Source of the DNA: Promethearchaeota archaeon
Lineage (GTDB): Archaea > Asgardarchaeota > Lokiarchaeia > Sigyniarchaeales > SOKP01
Assembly: GCA_008080735.1 (NCBI GenBank)
Contig: SHMW01000055.1
Location: 1 to 28,626, forward strand
Length of the DNA stretch: 28,626 bases
Reading direction: 5' to 3'
Shown: positions 1-7,882 of the stretch, piece by piece
How positions within the stretch are numbered: the stretch's first letter is position 1
Layout: the number at the start of each line of letters is the position of its first letter
The notes under the pieces: generated by a model
The model's input: the letters and a program-made list of their open reading frames with translations, nothing else
Databases searched by the model: none
Told to the model about the DNA's origin: nothing
Translations under genes and position numbers: made by a program

Positions 1-123
1 CTATGTGCTTATCTTGTAAAAAAAGATATAGTTACATAAAATAGATTAAACTAATATATTTTTATAAAACAATTATTGTTTGTAAAATTTCGTAATAAAA
101 ATTCAAATCCTCATTATTTTAAT

Positions 124-1224
124 TTAAAACATGGGATAGGAACCTAAGATTTTGTACCAGATAACATTTTTTTCCATCATTTTTATTACTCTCTGGATTT
201 TCGGACCTTCCTTATCCCCTTCGAAATCCATTAAAAAGATGTATTCCCATCGACCTTTTCTGCGTGGTCTCGATTCTATTTTTAATAAATTTATCTCTGC
301 CTTCGCAAATAGTTCCAATACATTGTAGAGTGCCCCTGGGATGTGTTTAGTAACATAAACGATGGATGTCTTGATTTTCCCTTCTCTTACTTTATTCTCT
401 TTATCAGCTACAATTAGAAATCTGGTATAATTGGAAGGATTATCTTCTATATTTGAGCTTAATAACTTAAGGCCGTGAACCTTAGAGGCAAAATCCGTTC
501 CTATTGCTCCGATTTTTGTATCATTTTTTTCTTTAATGATTTTGACCGCTTCTGCTGTAGAATTCACATTAATCAACTTAGAGTTCGGGAGGTTTGCTTT
601 TAACCAGGATCGTGTCTGAGCAAACGCTTGAGGATGAGAATAGATTTTTTGAATCTTGGAAAGTTCTGCATTCTCTACTCCAATTAAATTTTGTTTAATT
701 CTAAGCTCGATTTCGCCAAAGATCATCAATTCTTTTTCAATGAGTAGATCAAGCGTTTCTCTGACGGTACCTTGTAGACTATTTTCAATCGGGATAACAC
801 CATAATCCAGCACGTTTTTTTCAATATTTTCGAATATCTCTATGATATTTTTACTGGGAATGAATTTGGAACCCGATTTTGGGAAAAATTCGAGTGCAGC
901 TTGATGGGTGAAGGTACCTTCAGGACCTAAGAAACCAATCTTATCTATCCTTCCTTGGATGCGTTTGGAAGCACTCATAATCTCTTTCCAAATCGCTCTA
1001 ATGCTTTCTGCGGGCAAGATTTCAGACTTCTCAATAACTTTTTGGATAACCTCTTCTTCCCGTTTCGGTTGATATGTGTCTAAATCAAGCTCCTTTTTAA
1101 TTTTACCGATACCTTTTACAACTTTTCCTCTTTTATTGAGAAACTCAACAATCTTAAGGTCTATCTCGTTAATCTCTTTCCTTAAACTTTCAAGTTCTTT
1201 TTTATTATCATCTTGATCCATCAT
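124..1224 (-). CDS. pheA: Bifunctional chorismate mutase / prephenate dehydratase (P-protein)
   Basis: N-terminal AroQ CM domain (LRKEINEIDLKIVEFLNKR...REEEV); PDT motifs GPEGTFT, PIENS, SHPQAFAQ, NYTRF; ACT domain with LLKIESRP. Confidence 0.95.
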   Translation of the reverse strand: MMDQDDNKKELESLRKEINEIDLKIVEFLNKRGKVVKGIGKIKKELDLDTYQPKREEEVIQKVIEKSEILPAESIRAIWKEIMSASKRIQGRIDKIGFLGPEGTFTHQAALEFFPKSGSKFIPSKNIIEIFENIEKNVLDYGVIPIENSLQGTVRETLDLLIEKELMIFGEIELRIKQNLIGVENAELSKIQKIYSHPQAFAQTRSWLKANLPNSKLINVNSTAEAVKIIKEKNDTKIGAIGTDFASKVHGLKLLSSNIEDNPSNYTRFLIVADKENKVREGKIKTSIVYVTKHIPGALYNVLELFAKAEINLLKIESRPRRKGRWEYIFLMDFEGDKEGPKIQRVIKMMEKNVIWYKILGSYPMF

Positions 1225-1275
1225 TATTCAGAAAAATTTTAAAATTTGTTGGTATCGATATTATTATTGCTATAT

Positions 1276-2961
1276 TCAAATTCCATCAATAAAATGCTGT
1301 AAATTAATCTCCAGCGCTGCGACCGGAAATTCTAATTTGAATTTATTAAGAACTTCTGGATGTATCTCTCCGATTTCTCCAATTTTCTTATTCCCAATCA
1401 TTATGGTTCCACATCGACCTTCGATATAAGTTGGGTTATTATTCGGCATAATTTCGTAATTTTCAGTATAACCGAGTGCGGTGATAATAAAATCGATGGT
1501 TGATCGTATCTCGGTAAAATCCGCATTTTCGTGATAAGTTGCTGCTGCCAGATGGAGCCTCCTATTAGCTCCCGTCTCCTCAGTTTCATCCAACTGGATG
1601 ATATCTCCCACTTCGAAGATTTTAATTGGTTTTTCTTCAGATCGATTATAACCAATGGTTTCCATTAATTTATGTAATAAGGTGGTTCTGGTCGTATTAT
1701 ATTCCTTCGAAACCGGGTTTTTTATTTGGACCATCTCAGCCTCCTTCTTCTTTTGATTCATAAACTCATAATGACGCGTTTTATTGGTAAGAATGAAGTT
1801 AAGCACTTCCAAATATCCTGCGCCGATCATAATTTTTCTAATTTCATTCGCAAAATTCTGAATGGGATGATATTCTCCTATGCCCCCTTCTCTTACGGTT
1901 TTTGGCAAATTCAAATATCCGTACCCGATAGCACAATCTTCTGTGAAATCAACGGGATGCATGATATCTCCCCGAAATGCGGGTACCCAAACATCCAAGG
2001 CTCCTTTCTTCTTGGATTTCTTCGCATCCATTCGGACTTTTTCGAAACATTTAATCATCTCATCCTGACTCAAATCTAACCCAATATAATCGTTTACATA
2101 ATCGATTGATACTTCCCATTGTTTGGGGTCGAGATTAGGAGTTATTATATCTTTTCCTCCCTGATAATTTACCTCAACGGTCTCTATTTTTGCACCCATA
2201 TCTGCTAAAGTAGTGGAAAGGATATTTAATGCTAAATTAATTGCTTCAAAGTCTGTTCCTGTAATATCTAAGAATAAATTCTCCGTCTCATCTGTCACCG
2301 TGGTAATGACACCATTTATTATTGGAGGGAATGAGAGTACTTGGTCTTTTTTATCAAATATAATTGGATACACGTCTTTCCCTTCAAGGATATGAGCATA
2401 TTCTATTCCTTTTTCATGGACCAGAAGGATCTCTTCCAAATTCATCGGATATCCATCCCCATGGAGAGGTACGAAACTTAAGGATTCAGGATCGACGGCA
2501 GTATATCGGAATGGTGGTTCTATCTTATCAAGATCGTGTACTCCTATTGCGACCTTTTTTCTATCACGTCCAACAGCCCAATGAAGTTGCTCTTGAATAT
2601 TCATAAGTGTTGCGACCTCATCATCATCTAAAAATACTTCTCGTATGACACCCGCAACGATATATGGTCTCACTCGCTTAACTTCGGGATTGACACTTAG
2701 ATTAATTCCGCTAGAGTTCATCTCATAGGCGGGAACGCCTGTCTCAATTTCATAATATCCTTTTAACGCCCGGGCGATACCTTCCGGACTTGCGAAATCA
2801 GGCCGATTTGGATTATATTCTACCTTAATGGTCTGTTCTTCTTCATTCACATCTTCTAAATCAAGACTAATCCACTGCAAATCATATTCTAAATCCTTAA
2901 TATCCAATTCTTTCCCAACTAATTTTTCTAAGCGCTCGATCTTTAACTCTAATGTCGGCAT
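1276..2961 (-). CDS. pheT: Phenylalanine--tRNA ligase beta subunit, archaeal/eukaryotic type
   Basis: PNRPD, RKKVAIGVHDL, SFPPIING, FRGDIMHPVD motifs; GGAGG SD upstream; follows pheS after 18 nt. Confidence 0.96.
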   Translation of the reverse strand: MPTLELKIERLEKLVGKELDIKDLEYDLQWISLDLEDVNEEEQTIKVEYNPNRPDFASPEGIARALKGYYEIETGVPAYEMNSSGINLSVNPEVKRVRPYIVAGVIREVFLDDDEVATLMNIQEQLHWAVGRDRKKVAIGVHDLDKIEPPFRYTAVDPESLSFVPLHGDGYPMNLEEILLVHEKGIEYAHILEGKDVYPIIFDKKDQVLSFPPIINGVITTVTDETENLFLDITGTDFEAINLALNILSTTLADMGAKIETVEVNYQGGKDIITPNLDPKQWEVSIDYVNDYIGLDLSQDEMIKCFEKVRMDAKKSKKKGALDVWVPAFRGDIMHPVDFTEDCAIGYGYLNLPKTVREGGIGEYHPIQNFANEIRKIMIGAGYLEVLNFILTNKTRHYEFMNQKKKEAEMVQIKNPVSKEYNTTRTTLLHKLMETIGYNRSEEKPIKIFEVGDIIQLDETEETGANRRLHLAAATYHENADFTEIRSTIDFIITALGYTENYEIMPNNNPTYIEGRCGTIMIGNKKIGEIGEIHPEVLNKFKLEFPVAALEINLQHFIDGI

Positions 2962-2979
2962 TTTGATTTTATTCCTCCG

Positions 2980-4521
2980 TTATTTATATGATTCCTCTCT
3001 GAGCCATTTTATTGGATTTATATATAGATCTCGAATATCTTTCCTTTCGAATTTCAGCATAGCTAAACGCTCTAAACCCAAGCCCCACGCTAAGACTCTT
3101 GTTGGGTTTTTAACTCCCCATGGATATGTAACCTCAGGTCTAAAGATTCCCGATCCTCCCATTTCGAGCCATTCGCCTAATTTATCATAATACACTGCGA
3201 TTTCCATGCTGGGTTCTGTATAAGGAAAAAACCCAGGTCGCGTAATAATTTTTTCAAATCCCATTTTCTTATAGAATTCAGAAATAATTCCAATCAAATC
3301 GCAGAGATTTACATTCTCATCAATGACAATTCCTTCAATCTGAGTAAATTCTGCTAGATGGGATTTATCTACTTTTTCATTTCGAAAAACTCTATCAATG
3401 GAAAAAACTTTCACAGGCATATTATCATTATCTTTATGAAATTTCGCTAACCTTCTTATCGTGGTCGCGGTAGTATGAGTCCTTAACAGCGTTTGTTTTG
3501 CCACGTCCTTATCCCACTCATATCCCCAGCCAGTGGAACCAGAATCTCCGCCGTTTTCGTGCGTGGCTTTTACTGCCTGTACGCGTTCCTTTTCGGGTAA
3601 ATCTGCTTCTTTCGGATTCTCAAGATAGAATGTATCATGTAATTCCCGTGCTGGGTGGTCCTGGGGTTGAAATAAAGCATCAAAATTGAAAAATGCACTT
3701 TCAATTATCGGTCCTCGAATCTCTGTAAATCCCATAGACAAAAAGATTTCGCGAATTTCATTAATCATATTTATAACGGGATGGATTTTTCCCCCTTTCA
3801 AGAGCGGACCTTGTTTCGTGACATCGAATGGTTTTAACTCATAATCCTTCCAGCTACCAGATGTAATCATATCCGAGGTTAGCTTACTAATTCGATGCAG
3901 CTCCTCGATATCAGAGAGTTTTGTATTCTTTCCCTTTTCTGTAAGGAAAATTATTCTCTGAGTCTTTTTTTCCTTCTTGATCAGTTGTCGTTTATTTAGT
4001 AGATCTACATATTTTTTTTCATTTTTAGAAAGATTTGAATAATTAAGGTTAGTCTTATCGCGAAAGATTTTTAGAAACGCCTCTAATTCTGTTTCCGGAA
4101 ATTCCTCTTCGATAAGAAAGATCTTATTCTCTCCAGTAGCTTTGCTCTGAGCGATCCATCTATTTTTTTTCATATAGGATATTCCAATATAGAATAGCTT
4201 CTTATCAAAATCGGAGATCTCCAAGAACTCTTGTAAACTTATTTCCTTAACTTCTTTTTTTAATAATTGTTCAAGAAGTTGTCTTTCTGGAAGCCCCTTT
4301 TGTAAATAGGATTTTCCTTCTTCATTCAAACTTATCTGAAAAATTTCTTGTTCTTCAAAATCCGCCAGATCATGCTTTTTTAATTCATTAATAGCGGACA
4401 TCAACACTATATAATCTAATCCAAGTTTTTCGGAAAATTCTGTGGCGAGAACTTCATCCGATGTTTCCTTTTTAAGAGCCTTAAATACTTCAATCGTCTG
4501 TTTTTCCAGTTTAATAGTCAT
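2980..4521 (-). CDS. pheS: Phenylalanine--tRNA ligase alpha subunit, archaeal long form
   Basis: FFNFDALFQPQDHPARE, LRTHTT, FRNE, FFPYTEPS, GSGIFRPE, WGLGLERLAM; N-terminal extension typical of archaeal/eukaryotic PheRS-alpha. Confidence 0.97.
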   Translation of the reverse strand: MTIKLEKQTIEVFKALKKETSDEVLATEFSEKLGLDYIVLMSAINELKKHDLADFEEQEIFQISLNEEGKSYLQKGLPERQLLEQLLKKEVKEISLQEFLEISDFDKKLFYIGISYMKKNRWIAQSKATGENKIFLIEEEFPETELEAFLKIFRDKTNLNYSNLSKNEKKYVDLLNKRQLIKKEKKTQRIIFLTEKGKNTKLSDIEELHRISKLTSDMITSGSWKDYELKPFDVTKQGPLLKGGKIHPVINMINEIREIFLSMGFTEIRGPIIESAFFNFDALFQPQDHPARELHDTFYLENPKEADLPEKERVQAVKATHENGGDSGSTGWGYEWDKDVAKQTLLRTHTTATTIRRLAKFHKDNDNMPVKVFSIDRVFRNEKVDKSHLAEFTQIEGIVIDENVNLCDLIGIISEFYKKMGFEKIITRPGFFPYTEPSMEIAVYYDKLGEWLEMGGSGIFRPEVTYPWGVKNPTRVLAWGLGLERLAMLKFERKDIRDLYINPIKWLREESYK

Positions 4522-4547
4522 TTTTAGAAATCTAACACAGTTAAATC

Positions 4548-4583
4548 TATATATAATTTCTCTAAATTATTAATCTATATAAA
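4548..4583 (-). promoter_or_regulatory. Two TATA-like boxes proximal to pheS
   Basis: Minus strand TTTATATA (4583-4576, preceded by CCAAAAA) and TTATATATA (4556-4548, about 27 nt before the pheS ATG); AT-rich context weakens the call. Confidence 0.4.
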
Positions 4584-4696
4584 TTTTTGGATTTAAGTGG
4601 CTCTATCTTTAAGCAGAACGTATTTAGAATGATCTATCATCAATTTGGGGGACTTTTAACTGTACATAATGAAAAAGATCTAATTAATTCGAGTAG

Positions 4697-4754
4697 AAAA
4701 AATTTCCGTAGCCAAGGGAACGTTAATAAATCGAAATTTTAGTATTCCCTTGGC
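4697..4754 (-). terminator. Candidate attenuator hairpin plus U-tract in the pheS leader
   Basis: Perfect 10-bp inverted repeat GCCAAGGGAA (4754-4745) / TTCCCTTGGC (4720-4711) with a 24-nt loop containing the leader stop codon; U6 at 4702-4697. Confidence 0.55.
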
Positions 4755-4831
4755 AAAATAAAGAATTTAAAGAATCCAAAAAATGAATTTGGCAGAACTT
4801 GACTTTCTGAAAATTTGTTATCCAAAACCAT
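4739..4831 (-). CDS. Putative Phe-rich leader peptide MVLDNKFSESQVLPNSFFGFFKFFILPREY (30 aa; 35 aa if started at in-frame ATG 4846)
   Basis: Hand translation; TTT TTT GGA TTC TTT AAA TTC TTT at 4783-4760 (6 Phe in 8 codons); same strand as and upstream of pheS-pheT-pheA; overlaps hairpin arm; TATA-like box about 30 nt upstream. Confidence 0.6.
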   Translation of the reverse strand: MVLDNKFSESQVLPNSFFGFFKFFILPREY

Positions 4832-4857
4832 TTTTAGTTCATTCATTTCAAAATCAT

Positions 4858-4866
4858 GTATAAAAG
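4858..4866 (-). promoter_or_regulatory. TATA-like box for the leader transcript
   Basis: CTTTTATAC on minus strand; archaeal spacing would put the TSS a few nt before ATG 4831 (near-leaderless initiation). Confidence 0.4.
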
Positions 4867-5001
4867 TTAAAGGTTTGTTAAAAATTTTGGTGAAATGAAT
4901 CTAATTATTCGATTTTGACCCTATAGGACTAATTTTCTAATCTTACTGGAATCACCCACAGAACTAAAGGGTTTAAATAATATTCAAGAATTTGGTGTAT
5001 A

Positions 5002-5442
5002 TTATTTTATATCTTTTCTTATAGTTGTGGAGCTTATCTTTTCATTTTTCTCATTTTTGATGATTGGAATAACTACTATTACCAAAGGAGGAAATCCTTT
5101 TTCTCTCCTTTTTTCATTTATCTTGAGGGCGGTAGAATACGTTTCTTGGCTCACGACTAATCCTTGATATTTTTCTTCCTTGATTGGTGGTCCATATGGT
5201 TCATTGAGCTCGACAATTTTTACGCGATCGAGGTCAGCGAATGATGATATGAATTTTTCGATATTGTTTTTTCTTGTTTCATAACCCTCGAGCTTTTGAG
5301 AATATTTTTTATTCTTTAGTAAGTCCTCTGTTGCCAACCCAATTACGATTTTTTCTGACACTTTTAAAGCAGTTTTGATGAGCAACCTATGTCCTTCATG
5401 TAAATGATCAAAAGTTCCGCCCAGTCCAACCAAGTCAAACAT
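5002..5442 (-). CDS. coaD: Phosphopantetheine adenylyltransferase, archaeal/eukaryotic type
   Basis: GGTFDHLHEGH (HxGH), VVSQET, KISSTTIR; ATG 5442 preferred over GTG 5454, which lies in an AGTGA SD-like motif. Confidence 0.9.
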   Translation of the reverse strand: MFDLVGLGGTFDHLHEGHRLLIKTALKVSEKIVIGLATEDLLKNKKYSQKLEGYETRKNNIEKFISSFADLDRVKIVELNEPYGPPIKEEKYQGLVVSQETYSTALKINEKRREKGFPPLVIVVIPIIKNEKNEKISSTTIRKDIK

Positions 5443-5509
5443 AAAAATTATCACTAATTTAATTGAAATAAGAAAAATTAATTTTCTCTAATTAAAGACC
5501 ATTAAAAAA

Positions 5510-5932
5510 TTAGGAGTTTTTCAAGCTTACCTTTTCTTGTTCAGTGGGAACTGTGGGGCGTTTTAATTTCACAGAATAAATCTTAGTAATTATCATATTC
5601 CCATCGCATTTCTCACATTGCCCATCTATTTTGTAGACATAATCTCCATCTTCATAGTGTCGAACTTGAGTAAGCTCACAATTGCTACATTTTAGGATGG
5701 TGAGCGTTTGTTTAAACGGATCTTCCTCTTTTTGAGGAAATTGGAGTATAGTGGTGGCAACACAAACAAGTGTGAAGCCCATAAAGAAATTGGTTATTTG
5801 ATCGGGACCAATCCCAGCATAAATGATCACCACTCCAAGTATGAGCAACGCGACTACGACTATATGTTTTACGATTTTCTTCCAAGAGATATCTTTTTCT
5901 AAAACATCCTCGTCCTTTTCTTCTTCAATCAT
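5510..5932 (-). CDS. Small membrane protein, 2 TM helices plus C-terminal zinc ribbon
   Basis: Hydrophobic segments IVVVALLILGVVIIYAGI and FFMGFTLVCVATTIL; CSNC...CEKC pair. Confidence 0.75.
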   Translation of the reverse strand: MIEEEKDEDVLEKDISWKKIVKHIVVVALLILGVVIIYAGIGPDQITNFFMGFTLVCVATTILQFPQKEEDPFKQTLTILKCSNCELTQVRHYEDGDYVYKIDGQCEKCDGNMIITKIYSVKLKRPTVPTEQEKVSLKNS

Positions 5933-6053
5933 GCTGATATTTGAATCCTTTACGCTTTTTCTATAATAGAAAAAAATATATGATTAAATAAATTTACTTA
6001 TTATAAAAATATCAAATTCGTTATTTATACGCGAAAAGGGTAAATCAAACAAT

Positions 6054-7205
6054 ATGACTATACTATTAATGCTTTTAGGAACCACACAGCAGACGGATCC
6101 ATGGTCAATTATCTTCAATATACTCTTCTTTGGTCTGATCTTCATTTCCATGTTCTACGGACAAAAGATCCAAGCGTGGAAGGCAAGTAAGGATATTGAG
6201 GGGGCATTAGAAAAATTGAAAAATTGGAGAGATGAGTCTACGCAAACACTTTTCTCTAATTTTAAAGATTTTGCGAAAGATAAAGAAACAGACAAAGATC
6301 TGAAGCTCAAACTGGAGGATTTTATGACATTTATCACTATATCTCCTGTAGACCTTGATCCCTACGGGATTGTTCCCAAATTTGACCATATCATCGATGT
6401 ACGTGATAATCGATATGAGGAGGAGGTTGCGAAATTGGCTCCGAAAGCAGATGAAACGAAGCGACAAAACTTAGAAAATCTTCTGGAAGCTACTATGGCA
6501 GTTGATTATGTATATAGGTTAGTTAAACACTATTTAATACTCGGAAAAAAATCTAAATCCGCCTTATTATTAATGCAGATTGCGATGCAGCTCACCTTAA
6601 TTATGGCTATGGCAAAATCGTATTATAACGCTGTGAGGGCATTTTCGGAGGGAAGTCCGATCGGAGATGCCCTAGGGCCGATGGTGGTAGGAAGTCTTGT
6701 CCGAGATATTAATGGCCCCAATGAAGTTGAAGCGGTGGATATAGCGAAACACACAATTTATCAAGAGTTCGATTTTGAAGGGAGGACAGTGTTTGTAGTT
6801 CGAGCAAAGGGCCCCGGAGGAACTGTAGGGAAACCGGGAACCGCGATTAAAAAACTTATCGAACAGCATGGCGACAGTGTGTCAAGAATAATTATGATTG
6901 ACGCGGGACTGAAATTGGAAGGTGAAAAGAGCGGTTCTATAGCGATTGGTGTTGGAGCAGCTATTGGAGGGATTGGAGTTGAGAAGTTTTATATAGAGGA
7001 ATCCTCCACTGGTAAAACCGTTCCTATTGATGCTCTGATCTGCAAAGAATCTTTGGAAGATGCCATAACTACTATGAATCGATCGATTACTCGGTCTGTT
7101 CCAGAATTTGTCAATAAGATTAAAGACTCAATAAGAGAGCGGACAGAAGAAGGCTCTAAGGTTATTGTTGCGGGAATCGGTAATACAATTGGTATTGGAA
7201 TCTAA
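6054..7205 (+). CDS. DUF1512-family archaeal membrane protein
   Basis: N-terminal TM, PVDLDPYGIV, PIGDALGP, AKGPGGTVGKPG, IDAGLKLEGE, GVGAAIGGIGVEK, C-terminal GIGNTIGIG recognised as DUF1512 features. Confidence 0.8.
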   Translation: MTILLMLLGTTQQTDPWSIIFNILFFGLIFISMFYGQKIQAWKASKDIEGALEKLKNWRDESTQTLFSNFKDFAKDKETDKDLKLKLEDFMTFITISPVDLDPYGIVPKFDHIIDVRDNRYEEEVAKLAPKADETKRQNLENLLEATMAVDYVYRLVKHYLILGKKSKSALLLMQIAMQLTLIMAMAKSYYNAVRAFSEGSPIGDALGPMVVGSLVRDINGPNEVEAVDIAKHTIYQEFDFEGRTVFVVRAKGPGGTVGKPGTAIKKLIEQHGDSVSRIIMIDAGLKLEGEKSGSIAIGVGAAIGGIGVEKFYIEESSTGKTVPIDALICKESLEDAITTMNRSITRSVPEFVNKIKDSIRERTEEGSKVIVAGIGNTIGIGI

Positions 7206-7423
7206 TCTTATTTTTTTGTTCTCATTCCTTTAATAGGGGAAATTATAGGTTTATAGATAAATTCATTTTAAATCTAATTGATTTAAGTGAAATTTTATAA
7301 TTATGTTGAGTTCTGGTCAGCATTAGTGGTAGCTAAATAGACTTTGAGATCCTTTTTTTACTATTGATGCTTAATAATAATATTAAACTAGTTGATCTGA
7401 ATTAAAATAGATGGTGAACTAAA

Positions 7424-7825
7424 ATTAAATTTGCAACTGAAGAATGGGCAAAAGCCTATTGTAAAGCAATAAATGAAAACCCCGATTATGCCGAAGCCGC
7501 TTCGTGGTGGGAAGGCGATTTTGTATTCATTATAGAACCAAGCGGTAATCTAGACCATGAAATCCATATGTTTGTAGGATTATTCCATGGAGAGTGCACC
7601 GGGGCGAGAATTCTCGCGGAGGGAGAAGAGAGTGATGCGGAATTTATCTTCTCAGGACCATATGACAATTGGTTAAAGGTTCTTAAAAAAGAGCTTGACC
7701 CAATTCAAGGTCTCATGAGTGGTAAATTTAAATTAAAGGGTAATATGGCAAAAGTAATGCGTGCAACCAAAGCCGCGCAAGAATTGGTCAATAGTACCAC
7801 AGTAATTGATACAGAATTTTATTAA
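7424..7825 (+). CDS. SCP2 sterol/lipid-binding domain protein; N-terminus extended to a probable ATT start
   Basis: The frame of the 7568 ORF is open back to an in-frame TGA at 7415 and reads IKFATEEWAKAYCKAINENPDYAEAASWWEGDF...; C-terminal LDPIQGLMSGKFKLKGNM SCP2 signature; GGTGA SD at 7413-7417. Confidence 0.8.
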   Translation: MKFATEEWAKAYCKAINENPDYAEAASWWEGDFVFIIEPSGNLDHEIHMFVGLFHGECTGARILAEGEESDAEFIFSGPYDNWLKVLKKELDPIQGLMSGKFKLKGNMAKVMRATKAAQELVNSTTVIDTEFY

Positions 7826-7882
7826 TCAATATCATTTTTCATTTTTTTTATTTATCAATAACTAATTCTTTCAAATTTCTTT

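Noticed and set aside
4629-4742. 37-aa plus-strand ORF in the pheS upstream region
   Set aside because: No recognisable features or SD; antisense to the better-supported leader
4945-4965. T-box-like GGGTGATTCC on the minus strand upstream of pheS
   Set aside because: Lacks the UGGN antiterminator bulge and any stem I/specifier; lies at the wrong end of the leader
7415-7417. In-frame TGA before the SCP2 gene as selenocysteine or readthrough
   Set aside because: An in-frame TAA at 7403 follows a few codons upstream with no start; the TGA is part of the GGTGA SD
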